A stretch of 29,731 nt of DNA from the IMG/VR virus record IMGVR_UViG_2908572912_000004; one strand, 5' to 3'. This DNA comes from a virus. Its lineage: Duplodnaviria > Heunggongvirae > Uroviricota > Caudoviricetes. The notes beneath the pieces were generated by a model. It was not told the DNA's origin. It did not search any database and saw nothing but the letters and a program-made list of their open reading frames with translations. Below are positions 27,269-29,731 of this stretch, piece by piece (position 1 is the stretch's first letter; every line of letters starts with the position of its first letter). Both the position numbers and the translations under genes were made by a program.

Positions 27269-28053
27269 GAAGATATTCCTTAAAATATTATTGATTTTCA
27301 TTGCGATATTGTATGTCTGATTCAGGATATGTTGACTTATACATCGGTTTTGTCTGGGTTATTGGATATGCCAATCCCTAATTTTATTAGGGCATGACTA
27401 AAAATGCTGAATATGATAAGGAGAGATGTGATTATCAGTATGCTGTTCATATAGCCTCGAATTAGTAATGTGTTATATATGATATAGTTGACAATTTTTA
27501 TCCTGGGTGTTCTTAAAGTTCGTAGATAAACATTGTCGTTTCAGGTATACAAGAATGCTAACAGGTGGCAGCAAAAATCAGGCGGTTTATGGCGCAAGCT
27601 GAAGCGGCAACTGCAAACTATCTTATGCAGAGACTCTACACGGATTGGGTTTAAAAGTATACATAGATAACAGTTTTTATCTGAAAAAGAAAAATATCAA
27701 GGTGATATAGCCTATATGCCTTTGATGCGGAGGAATGAATGTGATGGGAGTGATGTATCTGAATAGTTGAAAAACCGCAGACACGCCTTATGCAAGAACG
27801 TGCTGCGGTTGGCTGGTAAATTTTTCGATAGTGTGAGTATTGAATGATTTCCAGCCGTTCTTGATTTTACGCATAAATCCATGAAAAAACTACTTATCTG
27901 TTGGGGAGTTTTTTTGGGGCATATATGGGACAGAAATAGGCCCCAGATAGACACTGAGATCGAACTTAGGATGCTTTTTAAAAAATGCAACTATCTGAAA
28001 AAACCTAGAAAACGCCAAGGAAACCACAGGATGGGAAAAAACACCTGTGAATT

Positions 28054-29337
28054 ATGGATTTCCAGTTATATTCGCTCGGCGCAGCGTTAGTGTTTCATGA
28101 AATATTTTTTCCTGAATCATCAACGGCAATGGCGTTAATTCTGGCAATGGGAACCTACGGTGCAGGTTATGTGGCGCGTATTGTCGGAGCATTTATTTTC
28201 GGCAAAATGGGCGACAGAATAGGGCGTAAAAAAGTGCTCTTTATTACCATCACCATGATGGGGATCTGTACCACCTTAATTGGTGTGTTACCGACCTATG
28301 CACAGATTGGTGTTTTTGCACCCATCTTGCTGGTGACGTTGCGTATTATTCAGGGGTTGGGTGCAGGTGCGGAAATTTCCGGTGCCGGTACGATGCTGGC
28401 GGAATATGCGCCAAAAGGTAAGCGCGGAATTATCTCCTCATTTGTGGCTATGGGAACTAACTGCGGAACCTTGAGCGCAACGGCAATCTGGGCCTTTATG
28501 TTCTTCATTCTCAGTAAAGAGGAACTGCTGGCGTGGGGATGGCGTATACCGTTCCTGGCGAGCGTTGTCGTGATGGTCTTTGCTATCTGGTTGCGTATGA
28601 ATCTGAAAGAAAGCCCGGTCTTTGAGAAGGTTAACGACAGTAACCAACCGACAGCAAAACCTGCACCTGCTGGTAGCATGTTCCAGAGCAAATCCTTCTG
28701 GCTGGCAACAGGGCTGCGTTTTGGTCAGGCGGGTAACTCCGGGTTAATTCAGACTTTCCTTGCAGGCTATTTAGTGCAGACGTTATTGTTTAACAAAGCA
28801 ATTCCAACAGATGCATTGATGATCAGTTCGATTCTCGGCTTTATGACCATTCCGTTCCTTGGTTGGTTATCCGATAAAATTGGTCGCCGGATCCCGTATA
28901 TTATTATGAATACCTCCGCGATTGTGCTGGCATGGCCAATGCTTTCTATCATTGTAGATAAAAGCTATGCCCCGAGCACCATTATGGTTGCACTGATTGT
29001 GATTCATAACTGTGCGGTGCTGGGATTATTTGCTCTGGAAAACATTACCATGGCAGAAATGTTCGGCTGTAAAAACCGCTTTACCCGGATGGCTATTTCT
29101 AAAGAAATTGGTGGTCTTATCGCTTCCGGTTTTGGTCCTATCCTGGCGGGTATTTTCTGCACCATGACGGAATCCTGGTATCCGATCGCCATTATGATCA
29201 TGGCATATTCAGTGATTGGTTTAATCTCTGCGCTGAAAATGCCAGAGGTGAAAGACCGTGATTTAAGTGCGCTGGAAGACGCTGCGGAAGATCAACCGCG
29301 TGTTGTAAGAGCTGCGCAACCTTCCAGAAGTCTGTAA
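28054..29337 (+). pseudogene. ydfJ: MFS (metabolite:H+ symporter-type) transporter gene lacking its 5' end, split by the prophage insertion
   Basis: 427-aa ORF with multiple TM helices and the MFS loop motif GKMGDRIGRKK; expected first TM and N-terminus are absent, so the phage-host junction lies just upstream (about 28000-28055). Confidence 0.7.
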
Positions 29338-29425
29338 ACCCTTAATCCCTTCTCTTACCGGAGAGGGGATTTTTATTCATATAACAAAACATATAGCTTG
29401 CCATATTTATATTTAAGGAATTGTT

Positions 29426-29731
29426 ATGGGAAATAATTTGTTATCAGCAAAAGCGACACTCCCTGTTTATGATCGTAATAACCTGGCCCCAAGAATTGTT
29501 CATTTAGGCTTTGGTGCATTTCACCGTGCGCATCAGGGCGTGTATGCCGATATTCTTGCTACGGAACATTTCAGTGACTGGGGATATTATGAGGTCAACT
29601 TAATCGGCGGCGAACAGCAAATTGCCGATTTACAACAGCAAGATAATCTTTATACCGTTGCGGAAATGTCGGCCGACGCGTGGACGGCTCGCGTCGTTGG
29701 CGTCGTTAAAAAGCCTTGCACGTACAAATAG
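29426..29731 (+). CDS. ydfI: Mannitol-dehydrogenase-family oxidoreductase, 5' part (runs off the window end)
   Basis: N-terminal Rossmann motif [12 protein letters not shown] typical of mannitol/mannonate dehydrogenase family; no stop codon before the window end. Confidence 0.8.
   Translation: MGNNLLSAKATLPVYDRNNLAPRIVHLGFGAFHRAHQGVYADILATEHFSDWGYYEVNLIGGEQQIADLQQQDNLYTVAEMSADAWTARVVGVVKKPCTYK

Overview
The window is almost entirely a defective (cryptic) Qin-type lambdoid prophage of Escherichia coli, running from its integrase end (left) to the host junction inside an MFS transporter gene (ydfJ-like), followed by the start of ydfI (right). Gene identities are from motif reading and recall of E. 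coli K-12 Qin proteins; no database search was possible. Order left to right: integrase, excisionase-like, a large orphan exonuclease, the ydfD-dicB-DicF-ydfA-dicA division-inhibition/immunity operon (minus strand), divergent dicC-like cro, early/replication genes, a DDE transposase gene, flxA (sigma-28 promoter), relB-relE-hokD toxin-antitoxin operon, rem, ydfU, Q antiterminator with late promoter and tR'-like terminator, cold-shock paralogs cspF/cspB/cspI interleaved with a complete phage-21-type lysis cassette (pinholin, SAR endolysin, Rz/Rz1), gnsB, ydfO-like, small terminase, a 1360-aa in-frame terminase-large::side-tail-fibre fusion ORF, a tfa remnant, a small serine recombinase and ydfK. 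All head and tail morphogenesis genes are missing. I found no CRISPR array, tRNA or rRNA. I do not see a clear-cut novel multi-gene system; the least-explained items are the terminase::tail-fibre fusion, the orphan RecE-like/DEDDh exonuclease, the transposase gene without recognisable inverted repeats, and the structured small-ORF regions downstream of cspB and cspI.
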